64,000 nucleotides of DNA from an uncultured Gemmatimonadota bacterium (GTDB lineage: Bacteria; Gemmatimonadota; CAZMKB01). Where the stretch lies: positions 2,567 through 66,566 of the forward strand of contig CAZZKG010000008.1 in assembly GCA_964654825.1 (NCBI GenBank), written 5' to 3'. This document shows positions 47,098-57,769 of this stretch, one piece after another. The position numbers and the translations under genes are program-made. The notes below the pieces were generated by a model. The model was not told the origin of the DNA. It saw nothing but the letters and a program-made list of their open reading frames with translations, and did not search any database. Position 1 is the stretch's first letter. Each line of letters begins with the position of its first letter.

Positions 47098-47764
47098 GAA
47101 TACTTCCTTGTTCGTGAAATATCTCTTCGATAAGCTTGTCGCTTTCGTCGGACTGTGTATCACAGCACCGATTTTTTTTATTGTGGGTATCGTACTTAAA
47201 ATTCAGCTTGAGGATATTTTCTACCGTCAGACAAGAGTGGGATATCATGGGGAAGACATTAAAGTCTTTAAATTCACAACCATGCCGAAGGGTTCGGAAA
47301 ACCTTGGATTGATCACAACAACTAATGATTCACGGCCGACAAGATTTGGGAAGTTCTTAAGAAAAGCGAAATTCAATGAGATTCCTCAGTTAATCAATGT
47401 TCTTATCGGAGACATGAGCTTTATCGGGCCACGGCCACTGGTCAGAAAACAGATGGCAGAGAGCCTCTCATCCTCTGAGATCATTGATTATTATCGAATG
47501 CGCCCGGGTATCACAGGTGCAGGATCACTCTATTTTCATCACGAAGACAGGTTGCTTGCCGGTGTTGAGGATCCACAGAAATACTATCACCAGGTAATCT
47601 TGCCAAAGAAAAAACGCCTCGAATCGGAATATGCAGAAAACTGGAGTCTGGCTCTCGATTTCAAAATATTCATCCTGACAGTTGCGGTTATGCTCCTCGA
47701 TGCATTCGGCGTCGAGAAGGATCTATACGCATATGTAAGTAAGAAACAAACAAGAAGTGAGTAA
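47078..47764 (+). CDS. Monotopic phosphoglycosyl transferase (PglC/WcaJ C-terminal, Bac_transf)
   Basis: FYRQTRVG, KFTTM, FLRKAKFNEIPQLINVLIGDMSFIGPRP, RPGITG. Start uncertain. Confidence 0.88.
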   Translation: MKVRLSRNTSLFVKYLFDKLVAFVGLCITAPIFFIVGIVLKIQLEDIFYRQTRVGYHGEDIKVFKFTTMPKGSENLGLITTTNDSRPTRFGKFLRKAKFNEIPQLINVLIGDMSFIGPRPLVRKQMAESLSSSEIIDYYRMRPGITGAGSLYFHHEDRLLAGVEDPQKYYHQVILPKKKRLESEYAENWSLALDFKIFILTVAVMLLDAFGVEKDLYAYVSKKQTRSE

Positions 47765-47787
47765 ACGACTGCTCGTTATGTGAGACA

Positions 47788-50700
47788 TTATTCACCATCC
47801 AAACTCCAGAGCTTCGTCTCACCCGAGGAAAAGTCTGCATAAAAACTATCTGTGTGCTCTGAAATGAGTTCGTTCTCGTAAACATCGAATACCCTGGCCG
47901 GTTCCGGTAATGATATTTTCCTTCTTCCCGATTCATTAACAGATACTGCCACCATTCCCCGTGATGCCCAGACAACGTCATCTGTATTCAGGTAGAAATG
48001 AACTCCAGCCAGTTCTGCCAGCCTGCGTAAAAGGTGGGCGGGTAACGTTGGAGCCGCTGAATAAACAATCTTACAGCCATTCACATCCCTCAGCAGAAGG
48101 CCAGGTTCTCCATTCTTCAATCTCCCTATTATTTCACCTTCCCTTTTTGCTGGAATGAAGTAACCGTGAAGCAATCCACTAAGGCCAAATTCGATCCCAC
48201 CGAGACCCTGCATGAGTGGATTATTGTTTTCTACTCTCACTGTTAATTGTGTATTCTGATCCACATATTTCAGTGGGAATCCCAGTATTCTTTCAGAAGC
48301 ATCGGGCTCGAAACTGTTAGACATGTATACTCCCGGTGCATAAACAAATACAAGTAGGCGATTATCGCTCATTAAACTCTGTATGTGTGAGATGTCCTTT
48401 CCCGTGGACGCGAACACGTTAAGAAATACATACATCCGGCGGGGTTCAAGCGTGACAAGGTCTGACAGTTCATACCACCCAACAGGTGCACCCAGTCGTG
48501 CTGCCTGGGGTATTTGTTTTTTGATGAGAGAAAGACAGAAAGGATCTCCGACCTTCATATAGTAGAAACTCCTTGTGTCGACAATGAAAGCCACTTCATC
48601 CACGGGTGTCCGATCGACGGGGAGAACTTTGTCTGCAAATATGCATAACTCTTCTATTTCGTTCATCAATTCTGGATCATCGTATCGGTTTCCACCCACA
48701 TCGAACCACCACTGGGCATTACCTCTCGCGAGAGACGCGGCCAGTTCACGCCTCTGAAGTAGCTTATCACCAGTCACGTTAGCAGGTTTTCCCAACTGGC
48801 CTACCTTCACCGGTGCCAGAGAGGTCCGGATGTCATTTTCATTGAACCACAGCTTTCCTGCCTGCATCACACCATCGAACAAAGACATGGAATAACTGGT
48901 CCCGGTCCCAATTTGCCTGAAAGCATAACCGGTCGGGCTGGAAATAAAATCGATGTCGGGACTGTCCCACACACTTCGCAATGCAAGATGACCGGAATTC
49001 TGGAGACGTTGCTCTCCGGCAAGTTGAAGCACGTAGCCATAGAATATCCCGACGATCTTCTCCCTCTGAGTAGCATCCTTTACCACAGATGCAAAATAGT
49101 TGATTGTCTCAGCTACCATCTCAGAATTGTACATGTAGTAATCGATACTTGGCTGCTCCGTTGACGGATCACGGAGAGCACCCAATCGTGATTCCATCCG
49201 TTCCCTTTTTGTTGGAATCCGGGCGGTTTCGAGTGATTTTGTCTTATTATGCCAGGCCGCATGAATAGCTTCATCATTTCCGTACTTTTCTCTCAGCCAC
49301 TCTCTAAAAGCTGTCAGGTTTGCAGGGCTGTAATCGGTCCAGTGATCTTCGTTGCTCCCCCACTGTATCCATTCCTCTGTTGTACCTGACACGAGGTGGT
49401 AACCGATTATGCGATCTGCATAAGCTGAGGTTTCAACATGCTCTATAAATTTCCTGAGAGCTCGTGCTGTATCTTCGCGCCATAGTTCAGAAGCCCAACT
49501 GGCAACGGGGATTTTTCCCTTAAGTAGAAAGGGTACAGTATTACCATTGCCGGGATCATAGGTGACGAGTTCATCAGGATACTTTTCGCACCACCATCGC
49601 GGAGCATAAAGAGCGATTCTCAGAAATATATAGGCGTCGGCATCTTTATCGAGGATAATCATTACTCGATCATCCAGTTCACTGAAATCGAATTTTTCGG
49701 GGGCGAGCCATGATGTTTTCGCCTTGCCATAACCAGATGCCGAGGGCGTTGCAGAAATAGAGAATAATTTCACCCCTGCTTGAGAAAAATCCTCGAACAC
49801 TTCTGGAATAGTTCTATAGGCTGCATAGGCCATCCCACTCTGTGGTTCACCATTAATGAAGAGTGTGGGGACACCACGGTAGGGCTTTACTACTGCGATC
49901 GTCCTTCTTTGAGAACGGGATTCAATTTCGAAGCCCGGTATCTTTACTTCTTCGTCATCAGATCCAAGTTCAAACTCATAACCGGCACACAGGATAGCAA
50001 TATTAAAGATCCCTCCCGGGTGGAAAGTCCCCAACTCTATTTCTTCAAGTTGCAACGTTCTCTCTTGCCCGATCTCCCATTCCGTCAATGGAGAATCCAC
50101 TTTCAGGGGATAAGAGGAGACTCTCCTGTCGTCTTTTCTCAACTCAAGCGTCGCCTTATTATCATAACATCTGCCGGATAAGAGTTTTAATTTCAGCAGG
50201 AAGTAAAATTTGTTCCCGGCCTTCAGCTGACCGGGGAATTCCATGTCAAGAACTTGTGTTCGTGGGGAATGATAGAACTCTGCTTCGACTCTTCTGAACT
50301 TCAGTTCATACTCTTCACCAACAGTGAGACCTGAGGCAATGAATGCAATAGAACGCACCGGAAAGTTGAGCAAACCATCTCTGTCATTCGACCACGGAGC
50401 GATGTAAAAATTGTCTACATGAAAAACCAATTCCCGGAGAGTTCTGTCACCGGAAATACTAACTGGATCAACAAGCCACTGAGAGCCATCTGCATCTTGC
50501 ATTTTTATAGAAAACCTGAGGGGAGCTTTCACATTTTCAATTTCAACAGTGAGGTTCCGAAATTTCCTCCCGATTGGTACTCGCAAGTAGAGGTCATTAA
50601 AAGAGACAGACTTCGGCGTAAAGTGCCAACCGATGCCCTGACTGGGATCATCCAGGATACGGAGATCCCACGAATAAAACTCCTTCTGCAGACGTTCATC

Positions 50701-50886
50701 ATTTCTAGCCAGATCCCAGTACTGTAATGAAGTGAAATCAGATAATGTTTCAATCAGGGCAGGATGGGACTGCCCAATCTCGGTGAATATGATACCTCCG
50801 CATACAACGGATACGATGCAACACGTAGTCAGTACGAGACTAAGAGATTTGATTACTCTTGATTCTTTCATCATATTTACGTCCAA
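47788..50886 (-). CDS. Large membrane-anchored/exported clan-A-like glycoside hydrolase (beta-galactosidase/GH42-like) with N-terminal carbohydrate-binding-like domain
   Basis: Hydrophobic N-terminus, GVPTLFINGEP, IIGYHLVSGTTEEW (acid/base-like), DFISSP...Y, WFNEND (nucleophile-like), trimerisation-like C-terminus. Confidence 0.72.
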   Translation of the reverse strand: MDVNMMKESRVIKSLSLVLTTCCIVSVVCGGIIFTEIGQSHPALIETLSDFTSLQYWDLARNDERLQKEFYSWDLRILDDPSQGIGWHFTPKSVSFNDLYLRVPIGRKFRNLTVEIENVKAPLRFSIKMQDADGSQWLVDPVSISGDRTLRELVFHVDNFYIAPWSNDRDGLLNFPVRSIAFIASGLTVGEEYELKFRRVEAEFYHSPRTQVLDMEFPGQLKAGNKFYFLLKLKLLSGRCYDNKATLELRKDDRRVSSYPLKVDSPLTEWEIGQERTLQLEEIELGTFHPGGIFNIAILCAGYEFELGSDDEEVKIPGFEIESRSQRRTIAVVKPYRGVPTLFINGEPQSGMAYAAYRTIPEVFEDFSQAGVKLFSISATPSASGYGKAKTSWLAPEKFDFSELDDRVMIILDKDADAYIFLRIALYAPRWWCEKYPDELVTYDPGNGNTVPFLLKGKIPVASWASELWREDTARALRKFIEHVETSAYADRIIGYHLVSGTTEEWIQWGSNEDHWTDYSPANLTAFREWLREKYGNDEAIHAAWHNKTKSLETARIPTKRERMESRLGALRDPSTEQPSIDYYMYNSEMVAETINYFASVVKDATQREKIVGIFYGYVLQLAGEQRLQNSGHLALRSVWDSPDIDFISSPTGYAFRQIGTGTSYSMSLFDGVMQAGKLWFNENDIRTSLAPVKVGQLGKPANVTGDKLLQRRELAASLARGNAQWWFDVGGNRYDDPELMNEIEELCIFADKVLPVDRTPVDEVAFIVDTRSFYYMKVGDPFCLSLIKKQIPQAARLGAPVGWYELSDLVTLEPRRMYVFLNVFASTGKDISHIQSLMSDNRLLVFVYAPGVYMSNSFEPDASERILGFPLKYVDQNTQLTVRVENNNPLMQGLGGIEFGLSGLLHGYFIPAKREGEIIGRLKNGEPGLLLRDVNGCKIVYSAAPTLPAHLLRRLAELAGVHFYLNTDDVVWASRGMVAVSVNESGRRKISLPEPARVFDVYENELISEHTDSFYADFSSGETKLWSLDGE

Positions 50887-51033
50887 TCAACACTAAACCG
50901 TTGGGTTGTAAGAACACATTGATTTTCTATTGTGGCAGGATTTTCTTCGCCAGATATTTTTTCTGACACCAAATATGACAAAGTACCCCGATCGATCATG
51001 CAATAGATATGAAGTTAACTGTCCTTTATGAAC

Positions 51034-51374
51034 TCACTGTAGAATTGTCATCTTCTTTGTAATGATAGAGTTGCCATCACTGATTTTATAGAGATAAATA
51101 CCTGATGAGACATCTTTTCCTCTTTCGTCCACTTCTGAAATTGTAGCAGCTGCGAAAGGCCATCGTCCCACGACCCTCATATTGAGGGAATCGACTTTGA
51201 TGGAAACGTGGGTCTCTCACCCTGTAATAAATCTGATTACAGATGAGTGTAAGGTGATGAATAAATATCACTCCCTCTATCGTCATGAATGTATCGTAAA
51301 GTTGTTGGATCCCTCGCCCACAAATTCCCGGTTATAACAATAAAGAATGGAAATATTAAATACCTGCTCATCAT
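51034..51374 (-). pseudogene. Decayed relic of an exported FlgD-Ig-tail protein
   Basis: Signal-peptide-like MMSRYLIFPFFIVITGNLWA, then after stops ETHVSIKV...DERGKDVSSGIYLYKISDGNSIITKKMTILQ* (stop 51034-51036), matching the tail ends elsewhere in the window. Confidence 0.65.
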
Positions 51375-51647
51375 ATTTGAAACCCTGGATTTTGAATCGA
51401 TAGGAACCATATCAACTTTTGAGCACTCCGAGTGATGAAATTTACTCGTCATTGAGATTGTAATTCAAGAGGATGCTCACCATGATGAGAATGTACCACA
51501 TCACAGAGTTTTTCGCAATTAGGAAAGAAATATATGTAAAGATCGTCGTTCACACGGCCAGTTTTAACATGACGACTATTGCAGAAGGGATGTCACAAAC
51601 ATAGAGTCTTCAGAAAAACTCAGCATTGACAAAGATATCATTACATC

Positions 51648-51676
51648 TTGACTTTTTATCTCCCATAATGTAGAAT
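51648..51676 (+). promoter_or_regulatory. Sigma-70-type promoter
   Basis: TTGACT (51648-51653), N17, TAGAAT (51671-51676), with TG immediately before the -10. Confidence 0.6.
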
Positions 51677-51951
51677 CATCAGAAATTATCACATTTTACA
51701 ACAGCTATAATTAAGATATTACTCATTCAACGGGGATACCAATCCCTGCTGTTGTTCACAAGCAGTTCATGATGAAATCCCTGACTGTTCTAGATAGCAG
51801 GCCACAAGGTTCGGAACGGCAACACCGATAATCGCTGATATTAGCTTGTGCTCGGGAACAAGTTACATCAAAAAGTGGTATCAAGGGAAACGTTATTTTA
51901 AGTTAAACCGAAAGACTGACTCCCACTTTCCTTCTGTAAAAGGGCTGTGAT

Positions 51952-53085
51952 ATGCAGAGCGATTCCGATTTCTTCATCGTCCTCAAGACTCTTTATGGGA
52001 GACGCAAACTCATCATCGTGAATTTTATTATAGTTTTCGTTCTCTCGGCTGTATTCTCTTTAATGATGCCGAAAACATATCGTAGCAGAGCCCTCATTAT
52101 GCCACCCGCTCCACAGCAGGATCTTGGATTCTTGAGTGCCCTCGCAGGCAATATCCCATTCACGAGATTTAATCTGGGTCAGGGCGATTATGAGAGCATG
52201 ACTTTTCTGGCTATACTAAACAGTCGCACAGTCATGGAGAATGTTATCAACAAATTTAATTTAATGGAATTCTATGACTCCGAGAAATTAGAAGATGCAG
52301 TAAAAATCCTTCGCGGAAATACCGGATTTGATGTGGAGGATGAGGGAACAATCTCCATAATTGTCGATGTGAAAACGGGATGGTTCCCATGGGGAAAGGA
52401 AAACGAAACAGTCAGTCAGCTTGTGACCGATATAGCCAACTTCTTCGCCGAAGATCTCGATTCAGTCAACAAAAGACTGAAATCAGAGCAGGCCAGATTC
52501 CAACGTATATTTATCGAGAAGAGATACAATGAAAACATTCAAGATCTGACAGAGGTGGAGGAGGAGTTCAAAGCCTTCCAGGAACAGCACAAGATGATTG
52601 CACTTCCGGAACAGATGAAGGCGGCAATCGAAGCCGCTTCAACAATTCAAGCCCAGATTCTTGCCAGTGAAGTAAAATTAGGTGTAATGGAGAAAACACT
52701 GAGCCACCAGCATCCGGCATTGGAAAGAGTCAAAAGTGAGATTGCCCAGCTCGAGACACAGTTGAAAGAACTTGAATCCGGCTCTGAAAACGAGGGGTTC
52801 CTCCCAAAATTCTCCGAGGTACCTGATCTCGGGATTCAACTTTTACGCTTTGAGAGAGAACTCGAGATTCAGAATACTCTTTTTGCTTTTCTCACCCAGC
52901 AATATGAGGAAGCAAAAATCCAGGAAGTGAAAAACACACCCACCTTGCAGGTCCTTGATCGGGCAGTTAAACCTGAAAGAAAACACAAACCGAAACGAGC
53001 ACTGTTCGTTCTCTTTTTCAGCTTTCTCAGTGTCATTCTCACCTCGTTCTATATCATTTTCAAACCGTCTCTAAAAAATCTCTAG
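51952..53085 (+). CDS. wzz: Wzz/GumC-type polysaccharide chain-length regulator (no kinase domain)
   Basis: Two terminal TM helices, YRSRALIMPP, long coiled coil, QVLDRAVKPERKHKPKR. Confidence 0.85.
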   Translation: MQSDSDFFIVLKTLYGRRKLIIVNFIIVFVLSAVFSLMMPKTYRSRALIMPPAPQQDLGFLSALAGNIPFTRFNLGQGDYESMTFLAILNSRTVMENVINKFNLMEFYDSEKLEDAVKILRGNTGFDVEDEGTISIIVDVKTGWFPWGKENETVSQLVTDIANFFAEDLDSVNKRLKSEQARFQRIFIEKRYNENIQDLTEVEEEFKAFQEQHKMIALPEQMKAAIEAASTIQAQILASEVKLGVMEKTLSHQHPALERVKSEIAQLETQLKELESGSENEGFLPKFSEVPDLGIQLLRFERELEIQNTLFAFLTQQYEEAKIQEVKNTPTLQVLDRAVKPERKHKPKRALFVLFFSFLSVILTSFYIIFKPSLKNL

Positions 53086-53090
53086 TGTTC

Positions 53091-54611
53091 ATGGAACATA
53101 AAAAGTACACACCGAGCAGCGTTCTTTTAAGAAACACGCTGATCAACCTTCTCGGAATGATTCTGCCTGTCCTCGTTGGAATCATTGCAATTCCTTTCGC
53201 ATTAAAGGGATTGAGTAACGAGGGATTTGGTATTCTCTCAATCGTGTGGGTAATTGTAGGATATTTCAGTATACTGGATTTTGGTATCTCACGCGGGACA
53301 ACGAAACTCGTTGCAGAGTGCCTTGGTGAGAAACGGCAGGCAGATCTAAATTCGATATTCTGGACGGCAAGTTTCCTAAATCTCATTTTTGGTATTGCCG
53401 GAACTATCATATTTTTTCTCATTACTCCTTATCTCGTTGAAAACGTTTTGAATGTCTCTCCCAATTTCATCCAGCAGACAAAACTCTCTTTCTATTTGTC
53501 CGCACTTTCCTTTCCTGTGATACTTTTTTCTGCAAATGCGAGGGGCGTGCTCAGCGCAGCCCAGCGATTCGATCTCGTGAACCGTGTATTAATCCCCGTC
53601 AGTGTATCAAGTTTTATATTTCCTGCCCTTTCTTACCCATTCGAGCTTAGTTTGTTTACCGTTATATTTTTGATTGTCATCTCCCGTGTCATCGCGGCAT
53701 TTTATTATATACACTATTGCTGGAGAATATTCCCCCCGATCAGGGAACAGATATCTTTCAGCCAAAAATTCCTGAAAAAACTGATCTCCTATGGAGGCTG
53801 GGTGACCATCACAAATATTATAAGTCCTCTGCTGGTATACATGGACAGATTTTTCATTGGGTCAATACTTTCCGTTTCAGTGGTGGCATTCTATACAGCA
53901 CCATACGATATAGCGAACCGACTGAGGGTTCTACCGATAGCAATAATGAATACCGTATTCCCTGAATTCAGTGCATTATCGCATAACAGTGAAAACACAC
54001 GTGTTGAGAAGTTGTTCAGTCGTTCGATTAAATACATACTCCTCCTTGTTGGACCATTCACGTTACTGCTTGCATTCTATGCTCCTGAAATTTTACGTGT
54101 GTGGCTGGGGCAGGACTTTGCTTATAAATCAACGGTTGTACTCAGAATCATCGCAACTGGCATAGTGATAAATTCTCTGGCCGCAGTCCCGTTCAATCTG
54201 TTACAAGGAATCGGAAAACCCGATCTTCCCGCAAAATTTCATATCGCCGAGTTTCCATTTTACATTGTTTTGTTATGGCTATTAACGAAAAACTATGGAA
54301 TCCTCGGCGCAGCAATCGCCTGGTTCCTGAGAGTAACACTCGATTTTATTTTACTCTACTCCTGGTCCTCGAGATTCTACCCGACTTTAGTTCACACACT
54401 TGGCGAATTCCGGATATGGAGGGAATTTTTTCTGCTTTTCGATCTGGTCATGTTTGTATTACTGGTACGAGTACTAGTGAAGAATCCCCTGACTGAAATT
54501 CCCTTGTTGTTCATTATTCTTTTGGTATTTTTCATGTTAGTCTGGTATTATATTTTTGATAACACTGAGAAGAAAACGATCTCTGATTTTGTGAGAAACT
54601 TAATTAGATGA
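53091..54611 (+). CDS. wzx: Wzx flippase
   Basis: 12-14 TM helices, LDFGISRGTT, YTAPYDIA, LLQGIGKPD, GILGAAIAW. Confidence 0.9.
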   Translation: MEHKKYTPSSVLLRNTLINLLGMILPVLVGIIAIPFALKGLSNEGFGILSIVWVIVGYFSILDFGISRGTTKLVAECLGEKRQADLNSIFWTASFLNLIFGIAGTIIFFLITPYLVENVLNVSPNFIQQTKLSFYLSALSFPVILFSANARGVLSAAQRFDLVNRVLIPVSVSSFIFPALSYPFELSLFTVIFLIVISRVIAAFYYIHYCWRIFPPIREQISFSQKFLKKLISYGGWVTITNIISPLLVYMDRFFIGSILSVSVVAFYTAPYDIANRLRVLPIAIMNTVFPEFSALSHNSENTRVEKLFSRSIKYILLLVGPFTLLLAFYAPEILRVWLGQDFAYKSTVVLRIIATGIVINSLAAVPFNLLQGIGKPDLPAKFHIAEFPFYIVLLWLLTKNYGILGAAIAWFLRVTLDFILLYSWSSRFYPTLVHTLGEFRIWREFFLLFDLVMFVLLVRVLVKNPLTEIPLLFIILLVFFMLVWYYIFDNTEKKTISDFVRNLIR

Positions 54612-54655
54612 TTTTCACGAACTCACACTGTGGGAATATCCGAAAAGGATCCTGA

Positions 54656-55966
54656 ATGTTAGAAGTGTGTGGAACAATCATTTTAATCGGTCTGTGCTTA
54701 CTTATCAGTTACTGGGAGAATCTTCGATATAATACCTACATAACACCATTTTCTGCTCTGGCATGGCCGTACGTGATCGTGGTTGTCCTGATTAATTTCG
54801 CAGGTGTGCACCTCGGTTTCTTCCCTGTGAGCTTGAGAAGCAACTCATTCGTATTTCTTGGTTTCCTGTTTTTCCTCATGGGAGGAGTATTTATCCTCTC
54901 TCTCGTGAAAGGGAGAATTGCTGATGTTGATTACAATAAGCGCTTGAATCTCAATCTCGAAACTTTCTTCAACCTGTATCGTCCCCTTTTTGTGGTAATC
55001 GCAATTCTCTCTATTATCGCTGGATTCATCCACTTCAGATTTTCATTGGCCGAAGTTGGAGGGTGGATCAACATTGCGACCAACGATTTCAAGGATGTGT
55101 ATGGAACAGGACTACTTGCTCACATTAAAATACTGAGTCGGCTTTCCTTCATCTTCCTCTTTGCAGATTATTTCCATCGAAAAAGGAAATACATTTTCAT
55201 CCTATTGTTCCTCATGTTTCTGATTGTTTTCGTGCGACAGGTCAAATACCAGATCCTCGGGATGATACTGGGTGGATTCTATTTTGCCATGCTCAAAGGA
55301 TGTATAAAATTCTCTCTCAGAAAACTCGCTTTCTATTCAATTCTCATTTTTATTCTCTTCAACCTCACTTATTACCTAGGTTTCATCGTAGCGGGTGTCG
55401 ACTATGCATTTGCAGAGAGAACTCACATGTATCTTCTCAACCATTTTTTTACTTATCTCTTTGGTGGACCAATTGGCTTCAGCGAGATTCTCAATCAGAT
55501 CAATTATCCAATCTACAGTTTGAAGGAAATTTTCGCTGTTCCAATCAACATTTTAAATTTTCTCTTTCAGTATGAAGATTATGTGGATATTATCATCTCT
55601 TATTGGATACCCGTTTCTACACATACGGAAATGTTTCACAGCTCTAATGTATTTGGAATCGTTGGAATGCTTTTCATGTATCTCGGCCCCTACGGCGCGT
55701 TATTGTACATGTTTTTTCTCGGTTCAATCGCGTATGGTCTCATGGCACTCTCTTTTACATTTCCCCAGAAAATAGGAGCACAACTCGTCTACTCTTTTGT
55801 AATGGCCCTGTTGACAGTTTCATTCTTCGATATTTATTTCAATAAGCTCGTTGCTTACGAAGCTTCATTTTTCATGTTTGTGATTCCTCCAATCTACTAC
55901 CAGATGCGAAATGGCCTGAAAAAAGCAATTTCTTATCATCGCAAAAAATATCAAATCTCATCATGA
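54656..55966 (+). CDS. wzy: Wzy O-antigen/oligosaccharide repeat-unit polymerase
   Basis: Multi-TM protein directly after wzx, with periplasmic loop motif YLFGG...SNVFG. Confidence 0.75.
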   Translation: MLEVCGTIILIGLCLLISYWENLRYNTYITPFSALAWPYVIVVVLINFAGVHLGFFPVSLRSNSFVFLGFLFFLMGGVFILSLVKGRIADVDYNKRLNLNLETFFNLYRPLFVVIAILSIIAGFIHFRFSLAEVGGWINIATNDFKDVYGTGLLAHIKILSRLSFIFLFADYFHRKRKYIFILLFLMFLIVFVRQVKYQILGMILGGFYFAMLKGCIKFSLRKLAFYSILIFILFNLTYYLGFIVAGVDYAFAERTHMYLLNHFFTYLFGGPIGFSEILNQINYPIYSLKEIFAVPINILNFLFQYEDYVDIIISYWIPVSTHTEMFHSSNVFGIVGMLFMYLGPYGALLYMFFLGSIAYGLMALSFTFPQKIGAQLVYSFVMALLTVSFFDIYFNKLVAYEASFFMFVIPPIYYQMRNGLKKAISYHRKKYQISS

Positions 55967-57600
55967 GACATATACATAAAAATGATATTCGAATACTTCT
56001 TTTCCTCATTCTCCCGTGCACGTTTCTGCTGATTAATAGTGCTAATGCCACATTACAGGAAAATCTCCCTCTCGAGCACTGGACTTACTCCATCATCGAT
56101 GAACTTCTCCTTCGTGGTTACGGAAGCAATCTTCTTTTCTCCAATAGACCATATACAAGAGGTGATGTGGCGAAACTTGTTCTGGAAATTGAAGAGAAGT
56201 TACGCCAAAAAACCGGCAATGAAAAAACTACACTGAACGAGTGGAATCGACTTCTCGGGCGGGAATTCTTAACGGAAATCAACGAGCTTCGTGCTACAGA
56301 AAGTGATGAATTGATCGATTGTCACATCTCGGTTGGAGCAGATATGTTCGGTAGTAAAACCGAGGAGGATATCGAACTCGAACCTGCCTTTTCAGAGATC
56401 AGAAGAGGTGACGAAGGAGATCCTCATCTGAGAATCATCTTGCCTCTCGGATACTCTATTTCTTTTGGAAAGTATCTCACAGTCTCGGAAATCGTCTGGA
56501 TCGACACAGAGACGAGAAACGATCCCACTGCACGAGTGAAGGCGGATCCAAAGCGCCCACTCAGGTTCAGAAGTGCCTACTTAAAATACAGTCGACCTCA
56601 TCTGGTTGTACAGATTGGGAGGGAGCGATTCAAGTGGGGACCGGGCCAGAGCGGGGGTCTCGTTCTATCGAATACCTCTCCTTCGTTTGACTCTTTTATG
56701 TTTAAGCTTAATGCCAAATGGTTCACACTCACAAGCATGGTGTTTCAACTAAACGATGAGGTGTCATCTATTGGAGAGGATACCGGGGAACTACCCGAAA
56801 AGGGAATAGTAAACCGGTATTTCTATGGTCACCGTCTCGACATGCAATTTCTCTCATGGCTCGAATTGGGAATTTCCGAAACAGCAGTGGTAAGTGGAGT
56901 GGGAAGAGGATTTGATCTTAGATTCATGAATCCGTTCACCTCGATTTGGTCTACACAGAACGAGGGCGACAGAGACCCCAAGGAAGTAAATCTCAGCCAT
57001 TCTCTCAACTGGGTTATTTCATATCTCCCCCAGACAACGATTTATGGTGAACTCCTCATCGATGAGATCGTTCTGAAGGAGAGACCAGCAGAATTACCTC
57101 CTCAACCAAATATCATCGCATTTTTACAAGGGATTGCCATAACAGATCCCTTTGGGATGTATGGCACAACCGTGAGAGCTGAATATGTAAGACTCAATTC
57201 GTTCATGTATATACATAGAGGCCTTAATACTGATTCCGAACATTTTGGAGCTCCCATCGGACACCCTTTTGGTCCAGATACAGATCAGACAAGCATATCG
57301 ATAACCAAAATACTCAATCCGTATCTGACCATGAATGGGAGTATTTCCTATAGAAGAAGAGGTGAAATCAGAATTGACACGGAAGAGGAATCTGCCGGAA
57401 AAACAAGCTCTTTCCTCCAAGGGATTGTGGAGAGAAGGAGTATCTACTCAATCACTGCAACTTACCTACCATCGAAGGATATATTTCTCAATATCAGCAC
57501 CTCGTTCATAAACGTAGGTAACATGGAACACATAGCAGGAAACAGCAGGAGTCTTTTCGATCTTTCCTTCCGAATCTCTTATTACTTGAATTGGTCTTGA
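55963..57600 (+). CDS. wzi: Capsule assembly Wzi-family outer-membrane protein
   Basis: Signal peptide, RPYTRGDVA, GRERFKWGPG, LVLSN, HRLD, ELGISETAV, GHPFGPD, aromatic C-terminus. Confidence 0.85.
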   Translation: MRHIHKNDIRILLFLILPCTFLLINSANATLQENLPLEHWTYSIIDELLLRGYGSNLLFSNRPYTRGDVAKLVLEIEEKLRQKTGNEKTTLNEWNRLLGREFLTEINELRATESDELIDCHISVGADMFGSKTEEDIELEPAFSEIRRGDEGDPHLRIILPLGYSISFGKYLTVSEIVWIDTETRNDPTARVKADPKRPLRFRSAYLKYSRPHLVVQIGRERFKWGPGQSGGLVLSNTSPSFDSFMFKLNAKWFTLTSMVFQLNDEVSSIGEDTGELPEKGIVNRYFYGHRLDMQFLSWLELGISETAVVSGVGRGFDLRFMNPFTSIWSTQNEGDRDPKEVNLSHSLNWVISYLPQTTIYGELLIDEIVLKERPAELPPQPNIIAFLQGIAITDPFGMYGTTVRAEYVRLNSFMYIHRGLNTDSEHFGAPIGHPFGPDTDQTSISITKILNPYLTMNGSISYRRRGEIRIDTEEESAGKTSSFLQGIVERRSIYSITATYLPSKDIFLNISTSFINVGNMEHIAGNSRSLFDLSFRISYYLNWS

Positions 57601-57769
57601 TGCAGTTCCTGATGTTTCTTTCATTAATTCTCTTTGTTTAAGTGTATTAAGCTTCCTTGTCCAAAGAAAAGATGTAAGTTCCTTGTGCCTTGATCGGTAT
57701 GAGTTAGACAACACCGTCTCCAATCCCTAAATCCCTCCTCACCAGAACAAATAAAACTTTTTCTGTAAA

